DNA from: Nitrosopumilaceae archaeon
GTDB taxonomy: Archaea; Thermoproteota; Nitrososphaeria; Nitrososphaerales; Nitrosopumilaceae
Length of the DNA: 64,000 nt
Direction: 5' to 3'
Assembly: GCA_965200155.1 (NCBI GenBank)
Contig: CBDATR010000024.1
Span: 160,001-224,000, forward strand
The notes under the pieces are model-generated. The model did not search any database. It worked only from the letters and a program-made list of their open reading frames with translations, and had not been told where the DNA came from. Numbering within the stretch: the stretch's first letter is position 1; each line of letters opens with the position of its first letter. Positions 36,668-47,659 of this stretch are shown here, piece after piece. The position numbers and the translations under genes are program-made.

Positions 36668-36759
36668 GTATGAGTTCACCTGTGTCTAAATTTACGCATA
36701 ACTGATCGCGACAGTTAATGTGATTTGTACATAAGATTCTGGAAGACGTGAACTCATAC
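36668..36759 (-). mobile_element. MITE
   Basis: 8-bp TSD AGTTATAG. Confidence 0.95.
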
Positions 36760-36980
36760 AGTTATAGTGGACCAGCTTGTCCATATTTTATCGATATAGT
36801 TATCACCTTTTGGTACTTTGTGCACAGATCTTGCAGGAATGATCGCCCGATTCCCCCATAGAACTATGTAATTCCTGTCCTGGTTTGATTTTATTCTGTC
36901 TAAATTTACGCGTAAAGGATCACATCATTACCATGGTGTGTGCGCGATCAGAGTTGTGGACCGGGCTTGACCCACTTGCA

Positions 36981-37835
36981 CATAGCGGTCACCATAAGTC
37001 TTTGAGAACATGGCACCTCGTTCCTGGACGATACATGGCTTTGGCTTGTCACCATTATTCCCGCCCTGACGCCTCCGGTTGGTCGGGAAATGGTTCCCCC
37101 CGGACGACACGCTCTGCCACTCCTACAGGGAAACCGGTTACTAAACGCCGCGTTGATATCGGCGTGAAATTCCTGGTTACATATTGAATGTGTCCCTAGT
37201 TGATCGTGATTTGTTGTCAACGTGTCCACACACGTGATAGGTCTGGCTCGTTGGGCGGGTAAATCGCCCCCTCGTGTATCTCGCTGGCACAGCCACCAAT
37301 TCAATCCCCAGTGCCTCGCACTTTTGTACTACTTTCCGGCGGAACTAGCCTACCCGGTTCTCGCGCATGGAGCGGTTCATTGTTATTTTGTGGTTCTCGC
37401 CATGACTGGTCATTACTTTCGGTGATAAATCCTCTAGTACTACCTTGCCTGCACCTTTGGTGACCGCGCGGACTACTCTATTCATGGAGTCGTTCGCGAT
37501 ATTATTCGCTTTCTGTCGTAGTTGAATGATTTTCTTCTCAATCTTTCGCTTCCTGCGCTTACCTTTTCGCGTTCTAATACTCTGGAGTGCGCTAATCTCC
37601 CGTAATATGGAACAATGTCTCATGTTATGGATCATCGTGTTCCCGTTGGTGTCAGCTGTTACAGCTAGATGTTTCCTGCCGACACCCACGCCGCGAACAA
37701 CGCCGGTCTATGGTTTCTCCCGTATATTGATGTGAATCTCGAATTGACGCTCCCTGCTCTTGTTAACTCGTTCCACTATCTTGAATGAGCGTATGTCCCA
37801 AGAATGATCGATTGGTTTGGTTGTTCTCACCACAC
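36981..37835 (-). mobile_element. tnpB: TnpB element 3' half, copy B
   Basis: Right TIR TAGCGGTCACCATAAGTCTTTG; LEDL and HADINAA; interrupted by IS481. Confidence 0.87.
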
Positions 37836-38794
37836 TCAATAGTACGAAAAGTAAGTCCGCTTAGGATCCGGCGTACAGTAGTTCAGATTGCACAAGCCAG
37901 ATGATAAAGAGAATAACAGAGGAATCAAGACAAAAGAGGCGTTGCCGCAACCAATATAGCTCAAGACCTGAAACAAGACACGTACGAAGATTGTGAACCA
38001 GAGGACGGGAACGACTCGAGTAAAGATGGGCAGGCCCATGATACCAATCACCGCTGCCCAGATACGAATGGTAACTGAAGCATATCACAAGGATCCCACC
38101 GGAGTAGTACGTATTGCAAAGAGGCTTAGACAGAATTACAATATATCGCGCAGTATATCGCATAATGAAAAAGAACGGTACGGCAGGATCATCACCTACA
38201 AAGTCAGAGTGGGTACGCTATGAGCGTAAATATTCCAATGCAATGTGGCACTGGCATGTCATGAAAAGATGAGCGCTTCAAGGGACTGAATCTCATAGAT
38301 GATGCATCCAGGTGTATAGTCGGGGTGGCACTATTTGAGCATGCAACCTCAGAGAACGCCACTCTATTACTGAGACTGGCAATGAAACGATTCGGCGCCC
38401 CTGCATCTTGGATAACGGCGCGTGTTTCGTAGGACAATAAAAGGGCAAGAAAAGCTGGAAACCCACTATTCTAGGAAGAACTGCTGGATCAAGACATCAT
38501 ACTAATCAATTCCAGACCATACCACCCGCAGACAAATGGCAAACTGGAGCGCTTCCATGGAATGATTGAGGACGAGGGGACTCTTATTTAAGAGTCCAAT
38601 GAGATATGGCATTATGACAGTCTCCGGGATTATTTAGACTACTACAATGAGAGAAGATTGCACTTCTCACTGGATAGATAACGGCGAGACACCACTCCAG
38701 GAATAAAAAGGCGATCCAGACAATTAGGGCAAATGATGCAAAATGGATGGAGTGAGATGCCAATGACTAGCGGACCGACTTTTCATACATTACA
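37836..38794 (+). mobile_element. IS481-family element, copy 3
   Basis: Homologous to copy 1; carries the 27-bp hairpin insert. Confidence 0.88.
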
Positions 38795-39065
38795 TTGGTT
38801 GAGCGAAGCGCTTTGTGAATCGTTCCTGCACACGACAAGCCAACTTATAGTTTACAATCACACGCGCCGATTTTTAACAGTTGTTGGACCATTCATAGAA
38901 TGGCCCCCTTGATTCTAAGCGCCGATTTCTTAACAGCGCCAAATTGACACACCTGTTCTCAAACCCATGTACCCTTTTTTACACTTCATTCTATGTACCT
39001 ACTTCTTTACAGCGCCCTCAATACACAATAGTGATATATAGCATACATGGGTGGTTGTATTGCCA

Positions 39066-40643
39066 ATGTCTGGAAAGCGCATAGTACTCACCGCAGACAG
39101 AAGTCTCATGACCAACTATCGGGGTAATTTTCTGTATGGATTCATTGCATGTGGTCCCTATGAAGTCCTTCCTGAATGGGTGTTTGACAAGGTGTTCTGT
39201 CCCGCTGTGGAGACGGATACTAAAACTGGTGAGGCCAAGGTGGCACAGGTGGGTCTGCGTAGAGTGGAAGGTGCACTGCTTCAGGGATATGACAAGAAAG
39301 ATGTCTTTGTGGCCAATCCGGACTATCTCACCAATGCCATAGGCCCGGATACTAAAGTAGTTGGAATAAATGTGATGGATCCTTTGGGTATGGCCCCTGT
39401 AACTACCACAATGTCTCCTGAGAAGCTTTCCTATGTGGCAATGAAATTCAAAAAGATGTGCGCGAGCATAATACAGCTAAAGAAAAAATATAATTTTCAT
39501 GTAGTCGTAGGGGGCAACGGCGCATGGGAGCTAGCCAAGTCTGATCGTATGCAGATACACGGTATCGATACGGTGGTGGTAGGTGAGGCCGATGAGTTGG
39601 CACTGGACTTGTTCCACGATTTGGAGCGGGGTGACGCACCAGAATTAATGCACTGCTTTGTAAAGAACATACAGAATATCCCAATAATTCGCGGACCCAC
39701 AGTCAACTCCCTTATAGAGGCCATGCGAGGCTGCGGGCGAGGCTGCGACTTTTGTGATGTCAACAAGCGCTCAAAGAAGGATCTGCCACTAGACCGCCTA
39801 CAAAAGGAGGCTAAGCTGAACTTAGATTATGGCTTTGACTCTATTTGGCTTCATTCTGATGAAATGCTACTATACGGTTGTGACAACCGAGATTTCAGGC
39901 CCAATCGTGATGCCATTACGGAACTTTGGCGCGGCTTGAAGGGTATGGGTGCCAACTTTGTTGGTACTACGCACATGACCTTCTCCGCGGTGGCCGCGGA
40001 CCCGGATCTGATGAGGGAGATATCTATGATAAACCGCCAGCACGAGTCCGGTCGATGGTTGGCCACCAACCTTGGTATCGAGACAGTATCGCCAAAGATG
40101 GTCAAGAGGCATCTGGGTGTAAAGACTCGTCCCTTCTCTGCTGATGAATGGGGAAGCGTTGTTCGGGAGGGTGCCACTGTCCTTAACAAGAATCACTGGT
40201 TCCCTGCCGCAACCATAATAATTGGCTGGCCTGACGAGACACCCGAAGACATTCAGTATACTATAGACATGATGAACGACTTTAGGACTATGGATTTCCG
40301 CGGTCTTGTGGCACCACTCCTGTATCAGGACTTTAGCGAAAAGAACTCCATGCATTTTGGTAACTTAAACGAGGCACAGTTTACCCTATTTTGGAGGTGT
40401 TGGGAGAACAACCTTCGTGTCATTAATGACATAATTCCAATCATACTTCGTAACAAGACCTATGGTCCTCCCATGAAGCTGTTCATGTATGGGATAATAA
40501 AGGCAGGGACGTGGGCAATAATGAGGTATTTGAGGGGGCTGTGTAAGGATCTCTTTAACGGGAGAACTCCTGATGACATTATAGAAAAATACTCTAGAAG
40601 CAGATCCGTCTCGGCACCAAAGATACAGACAAAGAAGCTCTAG
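39066..40643 (+). CDS. B12-binding-domain radical SAM protein
   Basis: VVGG, VVVGEAD, EAMRGCGRGCDFC (CxxxCxxC), LGIET, IIGWPDET. Confidence 0.92.
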   Translation: MSGKRIVLTADRSLMTNYRGNFLYGFIACGPYEVLPEWVFDKVFCPAVETDTKTGEAKVAQVGLRRVEGALLQGYDKKDVFVANPDYLTNAIGPDTKVVGINVMDPLGMAPVTTTMSPEKLSYVAMKFKKMCASIIQLKKKYNFHVVVGGNGAWELAKSDRMQIHGIDTVVVGEADELALDLFHDLERGDAPELMHCFVKNIQNIPIIRGPTVNSLIEAMRGCGRGCDFCDVNKRSKKDLPLDRLQKEAKLNLDYGFDSIWLHSDEMLLYGCDNRDFRPNRDAITELWRGLKGMGANFVGTTHMTFSAVAADPDLMREISMINRQHESGRWLATNLGIETVSPKMVKRHLGVKTRPFSADEWGSVVREGATVLNKNHWFPAATIIIGWPDETPEDIQYTIDMMNDFRTMDFRGLVAPLLYQDFSEKNSMHFGNLNEAQFTLFWRCWENNLRVINDIIPIILRNKTYGPPMKLFMYGIIKAGTWAIMRYLRGLCKDLFNGRTPDDIIEKYSRSRSVSAPKIQTKKL

Positions 40644-40969
40644 GAATCCGTAATCTCTGCTAATGCCTTGTCGGCTATTGTGTGACGTTTTGGCGTAAGT
40701 ACAATAAAGTAAATCTTGTCTGCCCGCTCTATGGATTGAACACTATGGTACTCGTTGGCTGATACATCAAACTCATACGTACCAGATTCTATCGTGCCCT
40801 TGGCATATACCATGAGAAAATTCTCTGTTAACGCGCCCAACGGTATGAATGACATTGTATGACCTTTGTAACAATTTATGGGTAGCGTATTTTTCATTGG
40901 GGCAGCCGCGGAGGCCAAAAACATAAAGACATCCTCTATACTGGAAAATTCCTCGTATTCTATATTCAT
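40640..40969 (-). CDS. Conserved hypothetical protein
   Basis: 109-aa ORF, convergent overlap. Confidence 0.7.
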   Translation of the reverse strand: MNIEYEEFSSIEDVFMFLASAAAPMKNTLPINCYKGHTMSFIPLGALTENFLMVYAKGTIESGTYEFDVSANEYHSVQSIERADKIYFIVLTPKRHTIADKALAEITDS

Positions 40970-40990
40970 GAATGAGAAAGTTTGTGCTCA

Positions 40991-42091
40991 CTATAATAAT
41001 CTATTATGTCTCTGAACGTGCCCGTATGCCTTGTATGCTACAAGTGCTGGCGCGCCTACATACATCATTGCATTCAGGGCTATGACCAGCATACCCCATC
41101 CTAATACCGATGCATCAGAGCCTTCCTCTGCCAAGTCCATGATGGATAGAGTGGTGAGCATGGGTGTAATGCCAACTTGTACCAATTCCCTGAATACTGG
41201 GTTCTGTCGTTCCATGTCTGCTATGGGTGGTGATATGGCATAGTATAGAGTGTTAAATCCGCCCATAAACGCGGAGCCAACCTCGGTACTCATTACCGTA
41301 TTGTCTCTGACTTCCCGCAAGAATTGTACTTGTGGGGCCATCTCTGTTCCAAAGGCTGCAGTGGCAATTAGACAAGAACCGGACCCTTGTGCTGGCTCAC
41401 TGATGGGGACGCATGATCCGTCAACAAGCTCTGTACCATCCCCGCACGTCAATGGTTGTGGCTCGGTTTCCTGCTCTGGTGGCGGGGGTATGACAACGGG
41501 CTCCTCTATGATCTTACAAACTCCGTCAACAAGCTCTGTACCCTCTTCACATACTGGCTCTATCACCACTGGCTCCTCTACTACAGGTTCCGGTATTATC
41601 TGACAAACTCCGTCAACAAGCTCTGTACCCTCGCCGCACATTGGTACCGGTTCCGGTATTATCTGACAAACTCCGTCAACAAGCTCTGTACCCTCTTCAC
41701 ATACTGGCTCATCTGATACGTATGATACAATCAATTCGGTAGTGGTAGTTAGGTATGCGACTCGCACTGTATAATCTCCGCTCTCTTTCCACTGTGTGCC
41801 GCCTGTTGTTATGGAAAACGAATAGTCACCATTGGAATCTGGCAGAACTTGAGTCACACTAACTCTATTCCCAATGGGATTCAACACTTGGACGGTTATG
41901 GCTCCCATGAATTCGGAGTCTATATCCTTGATGGTACCGGAGATGGTAATCATGTCCATGCCCCGGAATGAGTCTTTGTCCGCTTCTGCAGTTATGGGGG
42001 GTATATTGTGCTCATCCGCCCAAACCACACTCATCGAAGATGTCACTATAACAACTGCAAGCAATGCTACCGCAGCCTTCATGTTTGCCAT
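40991..42091 (-). CDS. Surface protein with CFI-box C-terminal domain and four CxxGTELVDGxC repeats
   Basis: Signal peptide, Ig-like domain, CLIATAAFGTEMAPQVQFLREVRD, C-terminal TM. Confidence 0.88.
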   Translation of the reverse strand: MANMKAAVALLAVVIVTSSMSVVWADEHNIPPITAEADKDSFRGMDMITISGTIKDIDSEFMGAITVQVLNPIGNRVSVTQVLPDSNGDYSFSITTGGTQWKESGDYTVRVAYLTTTTELIVSYVSDEPVCEEGTELVDGVCQIIPEPVPMCGEGTELVDGVCQIIPEPVVEEPVVIEPVCEEGTELVDGVCKIIEEPVVIPPPPEQETEPQPLTCGDGTELVDGSCVPISEPAQGSGSCLIATAAFGTEMAPQVQFLREVRDNTVMSTEVGSAFMGGFNTLYYAISPPIADMERQNPVFRELVQVGITPMLTTLSIMDLAEEGSDASVLGWGMLVIALNAMMYVGAPALVAYKAYGHVQRHNRLL

Positions 42092-42262
42092 GCTATTGCC
42101 TGAACTTATTTGTATTTAAACGCATTTTTGTTTGTGACTGCTGTGTAATTTCTTATATGCCGGTACATATAGACTGTGTTCTTCATACATGCGCATGGGT
42201 TCACATACGTCTGAATTTACGAACAGTAGATCTGCCAATTTACTGCAACAGTTTTATTTGAA

Positions 42263-42793
42263 TTGGTAATGGCTGTAATTGTGGATCTCAAATCGGTAAT
42301 TGCGGATCATCCTGATTTTCCAAAACCGGGGATTCTGTTCCACGATTTTGCCCCGCTACTTCGTTACCCAAATGCTCTTGAACAGGTTATATCTGACATA
42401 GAAAAACATATTCCATCAGAGTCTGTTGATGTGGTGGCTGGTATTGAGTCTAGGGGGTTTATCCTAGGTATGGCTATGGCTCTGCGATACAATACGGGTT
42501 TTGTAATGATACGCAAGAGTGGCAAGACACCCGGCCAGACAAAAAAGATATCTTATACCATAGAGTATGGCAGTGACACCATGGAGATAAAGCAGGACTC
42601 CATATCGGAGGGGCAGCGTGTGCTGATATGTGATGATCTGCTAGCTACTGGTGGAACTGCGCGCGCAGCTGTTGATCTTGTGGAGAGTGTTGGAGGTGTT
42701 GTTGCCGGATTGGCGTTTATAATTGAGCTTGAGGATCTTGGCGGCCGTCAACTTATATCTTATAATACCCACAGTGTGATCACTTATCCATGA
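42263..42793 (+). CDS. apt: Adenine phosphoribosyltransferase
   Basis: PDFPKPGILFHD, GIESRGF, EYG, CDDLLATGGT. Confidence 0.96.
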   Translation: MVMAVIVDLKSVIADHPDFPKPGILFHDFAPLLRYPNALEQVISDIEKHIPSESVDVVAGIESRGFILGMAMALRYNTGFVMIRKSGKTPGQTKKISYTIEYGSDTMEIKQDSISEGQRVLICDDLLATGGTARAAVDLVESVGGVVAGLAFIIELEDLGGRQLISYNTHSVITYP

Positions 42794-43572
42794 TAGAGAT
42801 AGGTATATTCGGCGGTACCGGTGTATATGATCTCAGTGCACTAAAGAATGTGGAGCACATAAAACACACTACGCCATATGGTGATCCTTCTGATGAAATT
42901 GTGACCGGTACTTTCAAGGGCAGGCGTGTCGGTTTCCTTCCGCGACATGGTCGCAAGCATAGCATAGCGCCACATATGATAAACTATCGTGCTAATATAC
43001 GAGCCTTTGCGGATTTGGGTGCAACCAGAATAATATCACCATCGGCAGTTGGCAGCCTAAAGCAGGAGATAAAACCAGGCCATCTGGCACTACCCTCCCA
43101 GTTTATAGACAACACAAAATCCCGCATAACCTCGTTCACCGATATAGATAGTGTAATTCACATATCCGCGGCCGATCCTTTCTGTCCCGAGTTACAGGAA
43201 CATGTAAGAAACGCGATTCGGGAGCGCAACATGACCCTTCACAATAACTGTACCTATGTGTGCATAGAGGGTCCGAGGTTTTCCACACGAGCTGAATCTC
43301 ACATGTATCGCAGTATCGGCGCAGACATAATTGGCATGACATTGGTGCCTGAGTGTCCATTGGCTAGGGAGGCTAGGCTGTGTTACGTATCATTATCCAT
43401 GGTGACAGATTATGATGTATGGGCTGATCAACCAGTGACTACCAAGGAGATAATATCGATCATATCAAGTAACGCCCAACATTTCAAGGAAGTACTAGAG
43501 ACACTGGTGGGTAGTATCCCTCGTAACCGTGAATGTTCGTGCGCTCATGCACTGGATGATGCCACGTTTTAG
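42790..43572 (+). CDS. mtnP: 5'-methylthioadenosine phosphorylase
   Basis: GGTG, PRHG, INYRANI, EGPRFSTRAES, GMT, VTDYD. Confidence 0.93.
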   Translation: MIEIGIFGGTGVYDLSALKNVEHIKHTTPYGDPSDEIVTGTFKGRRVGFLPRHGRKHSIAPHMINYRANIRAFADLGATRIISPSAVGSLKQEIKPGHLALPSQFIDNTKSRITSFTDIDSVIHISAADPFCPELQEHVRNAIRERNMTLHNNCTYVCIEGPRFSTRAESHMYRSIGADIIGMTLVPECPLAREARLCYVSLSMVTDYDVWADQPVTTKEIISIISSNAQHFKEVLETLVGSIPRNRECSCAHALDDATF

Positions 43573-43847
43573 CTATCTGCAAAACTTTCCCGTTGCAGTC
43601 CTGGGGGCAAATTAAGATTTCCGTGAACCAAGTCCCGCTGCAGTACGTCGATTATGTCATCAGGATCATGTTTGCGCACTCTAAGTTGGTGAACAGTATC
43701 GTCAGTAAGTTTGACTCCAATGTTCTGGCCCCCAATCCTGCCAAAAGCAATGGCCGTGAACTCAAATGAGTGCCCATCTATGCTAAAGTGGCCTGCAATC
43801 TTTGCCGCCATTTGATTTCCGTCCACCGACTCGATATCTATCTTCAT
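43569..43847 (-). CDS. Conserved hypothetical protein
   Basis: AIAFGRIGGQN; part of an overlapping four-gene run. Confidence 0.7.
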   Translation of the reverse strand: MKIDIESVDGNQMAAKIAGHFSIDGHSFEFTAIAFGRIGGQNIGVKLTDDTVHQLRVRKHDPDDIIDVLQRDLVHGNLNLPPGLQRESFADS

Positions 43848-44275
43848 ATCTCTACCGCTTGGTTTATGTGCTCATCCACCAAAAAGCTCCAGTAGCCATC
43901 TTCCACAACCGAATAGTCCTCTACACAAAGATCCACTATCTTCTCGTCTATGCGCTCATGCTGTATCTTTCCACTCTCTGGTAGCCGCACCAAGGACCAT
44001 CTGTCCTTGCCCTTTTGCTGCTTTGACACTAAAACCCCCCACTTTTCATCATCTGCTATGTAAGGCATGCCCACTATGTCTGCAATGGCCTCTATGCCCA
44101 ACTGTTTTTCCTCACAGAACCGCTTTTTACACACGCCACAGCGCCATACATCCACCGAGCCTATGGTTCGCTCTTGTATGTTTATGTTGATGACCCCAAA
44201 ATATACCGGCTGATGGTTACATGACTCCAACACCAGTAACTCCCGTTCAACTTTATTTAGTCCTTGCATCATCAT
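43844..44275 (-). CDS. Conserved hypothetical protein, possibly Zn-binding
   Basis: CNH..CGVC..FC. Confidence 0.7.
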   Translation of the reverse strand: MMMQGLNKVERELLVLESCNHQPVYFGVININIQERTIGSVDVWRCGVCKKRFCEEKQLGIEAIADIVGMPYIADDEKWGVLVSKQQKGKDRWSLVRLPESGKIQHERIDEKIVDLCVEDYSVVEDGYWSFLVDEHINQAVEI

Positions 44276-44597
44276 AGGGTTGCTCTAGGGCAACCCCTAT
44301 ACTGTCCACATTCTTGTTTCGCCCAAAGGGAATGTCCTTGCTCTCGCACATACGGCGATACATGTTTACTGCTGTGAAGCGCGGATGCATTGCCTCGTAT
44401 TCTGTAGCACTGTACTCTATGAATGCGCCTAGGAGCACTAGCGATTCAGCGGCACTCTTGGCCTGACTCTCGGATACATCTAAGTGCCTGGCCATGGTTG
44501 GGCAGTCCATTTTGCCTTGTGTAGTTACCAGCATATACAGGTCTGTCTGCATGTCCGTAAGTCCGATGTCCTTGATCAGGATATCTCTTACACTCAT
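44253..44597 (-). CDS. TrmB-like winged-helix protein
   Basis: GLT..Q..LY.L....G......MA..L HTH pattern. Confidence 0.7.
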   Translation of the reverse strand: MSVRDILIKDIGLTDMQTDLYMLVTTQGKMDCPTMARHLDVSESQAKSAAESLVLLGAFIEYSATEYEAMHPRFTAVNMYRRMCESKDIPFGRNKNVDSIGVALEQPYDDARTK

Positions 44598-44809
44598 TTC
44601 TCCGGATCTCTCTTTACTAGGAATCGCTTTGCAAACTTTATGGAGAGGATCATTGCAATAAAGTGGACAGATGATCCTGCAATGGCTGACACAATAAGAT
44701 CATCAAGGATGAGCCACATGACCAGAAATACGGTAATGGAGGGAACTGTTGCAATCGCTCCTATGGCGCTTCCCCGAATGAGTATGTCCTTGCCGCTGAG
44801 ATTTGCCAT
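44594..44809 (-). CDS. Small two-TM membrane protein
   Basis: Hydrophobic 71 aa, 4-bp overlap. Confidence 0.7.
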   Translation of the reverse strand: MANLSGKDILIRGSAIGAIATVPSITVFLVMWLILDDLIVSAIAGSSVHFIAMILSIKFAKRFLVKRDPEK

Positions 44810-45293
44810 GACATGGGAAGAGTTGTCGGGTAATTAAAATTACCATGTCCCATGGTTCTGGTTCCACCGGATTGATGTGCTTTCATACCAATAACTGGGC
44901 GCCCCTCATCTATCTCCCTCTTGCGACATCCTGTATAATGATGGCAAAAGCGTAACCTAGAGAGACTTGATTACCACACATGATTGTAACCGTTTAGGTC
45001 GCGTAAAAGATCAGATGTCTAGGCGATAAATCCATGGACATGTGTGAGATGGTATGACAGAAAAAGCAAGGGCGGATATGTTCGCGGTGTATTTTGAACG
45101 GTTGCCTAGGTGAACCTAAACAGTTACTACATAATTTGTTACATGATTCACTTTGCTCATCACTTATGGTGGCCAGGAATGCGCTTCTTGACATACGCTG
45201 GAGTGCCAGAATCGTGCACCAAACTATTCGCATCCTGATTTATGCATATTATTTTACACGAAGACTTATGGAATACACCATACAGGATTCTTT

Positions 45294-45923
45294 GTGGAGT
45301 CGTATCTGGAGATTGTACTGAATCTGGTAGGCTTTGCCGTAGGATTGACCATTGGCATCATGTCACTGATAGGATATCGTAACACTGCGAGTCCAACCAT
45401 GCTGCGTCTGTCCTTGGCATTTTTGCTGGTGTCTGCCGGATTTGTGGTGGTGTGGTTGGGCTATATGGGCGGCATACTGCCTTCTAGGCCCGGGCAACCC
45501 GGATGGTGGTTGGTAACGCTGGGGATTGGAGTTCAGACTGTGGGATACTTCTTTATCGCATTCTCTCATGGCATAAAGTCATTCTTCCCAAAGTCGCGAT
45601 ACCTAAGAAGTGTGGTCACATTTCCATTGTTCATAGTATCCTCGGTGCAGGCTGAGCACATACTGCGCTCCATATCGTTTATCTTGCTGTCTTATGGCGC
45701 CATTGAGACCATACTGTCATATCTAGAACGCAGAAACCGCGGTGCACTCTGGGTATCCTGCGGTCTTGGAATGTTGGCACTGGGAGAGTTTTTGGGATGG
45801 TATTCTGCAATATTTCCGGATTCGTTGCTGTATCCCGCATCACTGGTTATAAAAATAGGCGGCCTAGTGGCCCTGTTTGTGCCCATAAGCAAAATCCCGT
45901 TCCAGCGTATACGGCTGGAGTAG
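45294..45923 (+). CDS. Polytopic (about 7-TM) membrane protein
   Basis: Regular hydrophobic helices; followed by an HTH gene. Confidence 0.8.
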   Translation: MESYLEIVLNLVGFAVGLTIGIMSLIGYRNTASPTMLRLSLAFLLVSAGFVVVWLGYMGGILPSRPGQPGWWLVTLGIGVQTVGYFFIAFSHGIKSFFPKSRYLRSVVTFPLFIVSSVQAEHILRSISFILLSYGAIETILSYLERRNRGALWVSCGLGMLALGEFLGWYSAIFPDSLLYPASLVIKIGGLVALFVPISKIPFQRIRLE

Positions 45924-45984
45924 AGCTCATGCAGTATGGGTTAAACGATCCGAATATTTTCATACTTCTGTAGCATGGTATGAC

Positions 45985-46254
45985 ATGACCAAAAGTATAA
46001 CCCGTATACAGCTAATGTGCGAGATATTGACCTATACAGAGAATGAAGTTATGGTTGTGGACTTGAGTCGAGAATCCGGCGCATCTCGTCGCAGAGTATA
46101 CAGAACACTGCAAACGCTAGTCGAATGTGGTTTGATAAAGCAGCTTTACAGCCAATCCGGCGGAAGATACCGCATAAGTCCGCTGGGTCGACACTTTCTG
46201 AAAGAGTACAATTTGTTCCGGACATTCACAGAAAAATACGGCCTACCAATGTAG
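45985..46254 (+). CDS. Winged-helix DNA-binding protein
   Basis: RVYRTLQTLVECGLI..YRISPLGRHFL. Confidence 0.8.
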   Translation: MTKSITRIQLMCEILTYTENEVMVVDLSRESGASRRRVYRTLQTLVECGLIKQLYSQSGGRYRISPLGRHFLKEYNLFRTFTEKYGLPM

Positions 46255-46259
46255 ACGTA

Positions 46260-46514
46260 TCATTGGGAAGGTGGACTGGACTGATCACATTGGGGACACC
46301 CAGATTCATTCAGTACACTCCCACACTGGGCGCATATGCCATGACCAATGTCTCTAAGTATCTGCCGCTGACGCATCTCGCTGAACGCCTTGATACCAAA
46401 GAATACTGCCGCGGCAATGATCATTGCATATATCGGCGCCAAGAAAGGCACTAGTCCCAATGCCAGTAATACTACACCGGCTAGCAGGATGCTGTCGCGC
46501 CTTTGAAACTTCAT
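46260..46514 (-). CDS. Membrane protein with zinc ribbon
   Basis: Two TM helices, CAQCG..CPQC. Confidence 0.78.
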   Translation of the reverse strand: MKFQRRDSILLAGVVLLALGLVPFLAPIYAMIIAAAVFFGIKAFSEMRQRQILRDIGHGICAQCGSVLNESGCPQCDQSSPPSQ

Positions 46515-46655
46515 GAAATAAGGATTGCTATGATATTGATAAAAATTTGGGGCTAGGACACTTGTTTTTGATCATCTACTCACAACTCTAACTCTTCCTC
46601 ATTGCCCCTGTAATGCTTGATGGGTGGGGGAAATGTGTTTTACTGTATGGTTGCT

Positions 46656-47510
46656 TATAGCGGTCACCATAAGTCTTTGAGAACATGGCACCTCGTTCCT
46701 GGACGATACATGGCTTTGGCTTGTCACCATTATTCCCGCCCTGACGCCTCCGGTTGGTCGGGAAATGGTTCCCCCCGGACGACACGCTCTGCCACTCCTA
46801 CAGGGAAACCGGTTACTAAACGCCGCGTTGATATCGGCGTGAAATTCCTGGTTACATATTGAATGTGTCCCTAGTTGATCGTGATTTGTTGTCAACGTGT
46901 CCACACACGTGATAGGTCTGGCTCGTTGGGCGGGTAAATCGCCCCCTCGTGTATCTCGCTGGCACAGCCACCAATTCAATCCCCAGTGCCTCGCACTTTT
47001 GTACTACTTTCCGGCGGAACTAGCCTACCCGGTTCTCGCGCATGGAGCGGTTCATTGTTATTTTGTGGTTCTCGCCATGACTGGTCATTACTTTCGGTGA
47101 TAAATCCTCTAGTACTACCTTGCCTGCACCTTTGGTGACCGCGCGGACTACTCTATTCATGGAGTCGTTCGCGATATTATTCGCTTTCTGTCGTAGTTGA
47201 ATGATTTTCTTCTCAATCTTTCGCTTCCTGCGCTTACCTTTTCGCGTTCTAATACTCTGGAGTGCGCTAATCTCCCGTAATATGGAACGATGTCTCATGT
47301 TATGGATCATCGTGTTCCCGTTGGTGTCAGCTGTTACAGCTAGATGTTTCCTGCCGACACCCACGCCGCGAACAACGCCGGTCGATGGTTTCTCCCGTAT
47401 ATTGATGTGAATCTCGAATTGACGCTCCCTGCTCTTGTTAACTCGTTCCGCTATCTTGAATGAGCGTATGTCCCAAGAATGATCGATTGGTTTGGTTGTT
47501 CTCACCACAC
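46656..47510 (-). mobile_element. tnpB: TnpB element 3' half, copy C
   Basis: Nearly identical to copy B including the IS481 junction; TA + right TIR. Confidence 0.87.
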
Positions 47511-47550
47511 TCAATAGTACGAAAAGTCCGCTTAGGATCCGGCGTACAGT

Positions 47551-47659
47551 AGTTCATATTGCACAAGCCACGAAAGGCTATGGTAAAATTCTAGCAGTCA
47601 GTTGCTGACCATGCGTGTACGAAGTTCATATTGCACAAGCCACGAAAGGCTATGGTAAA
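47551..47659. repeat. 37-bp perfect direct repeat pair separated by 35 unique bp
   Basis: AGTTCATATTGCACAAGCCACGAAAGGCTATGGTAAA at 47551-47587 and 47623-47659. Confidence 0.92.

Noticed and set aside
36960-36982. 12-bp match between the copy B right flank (putative guide) and ~51299
   Set aside because: Too short to distinguish from chance
38860-39016. GCGCCGATTT.TTAACAG twice and TT.ACAGCGCC twice upstream of the radical SAM gene
   Set aside because: Could be operator sites or old IS ends; too short and irregular to call
41430-41705. DNA repeats ACAAGCTCTGTACC with regular spacing
   Set aside because: Coding CxxGTELVDGxC repeats of the surface protein
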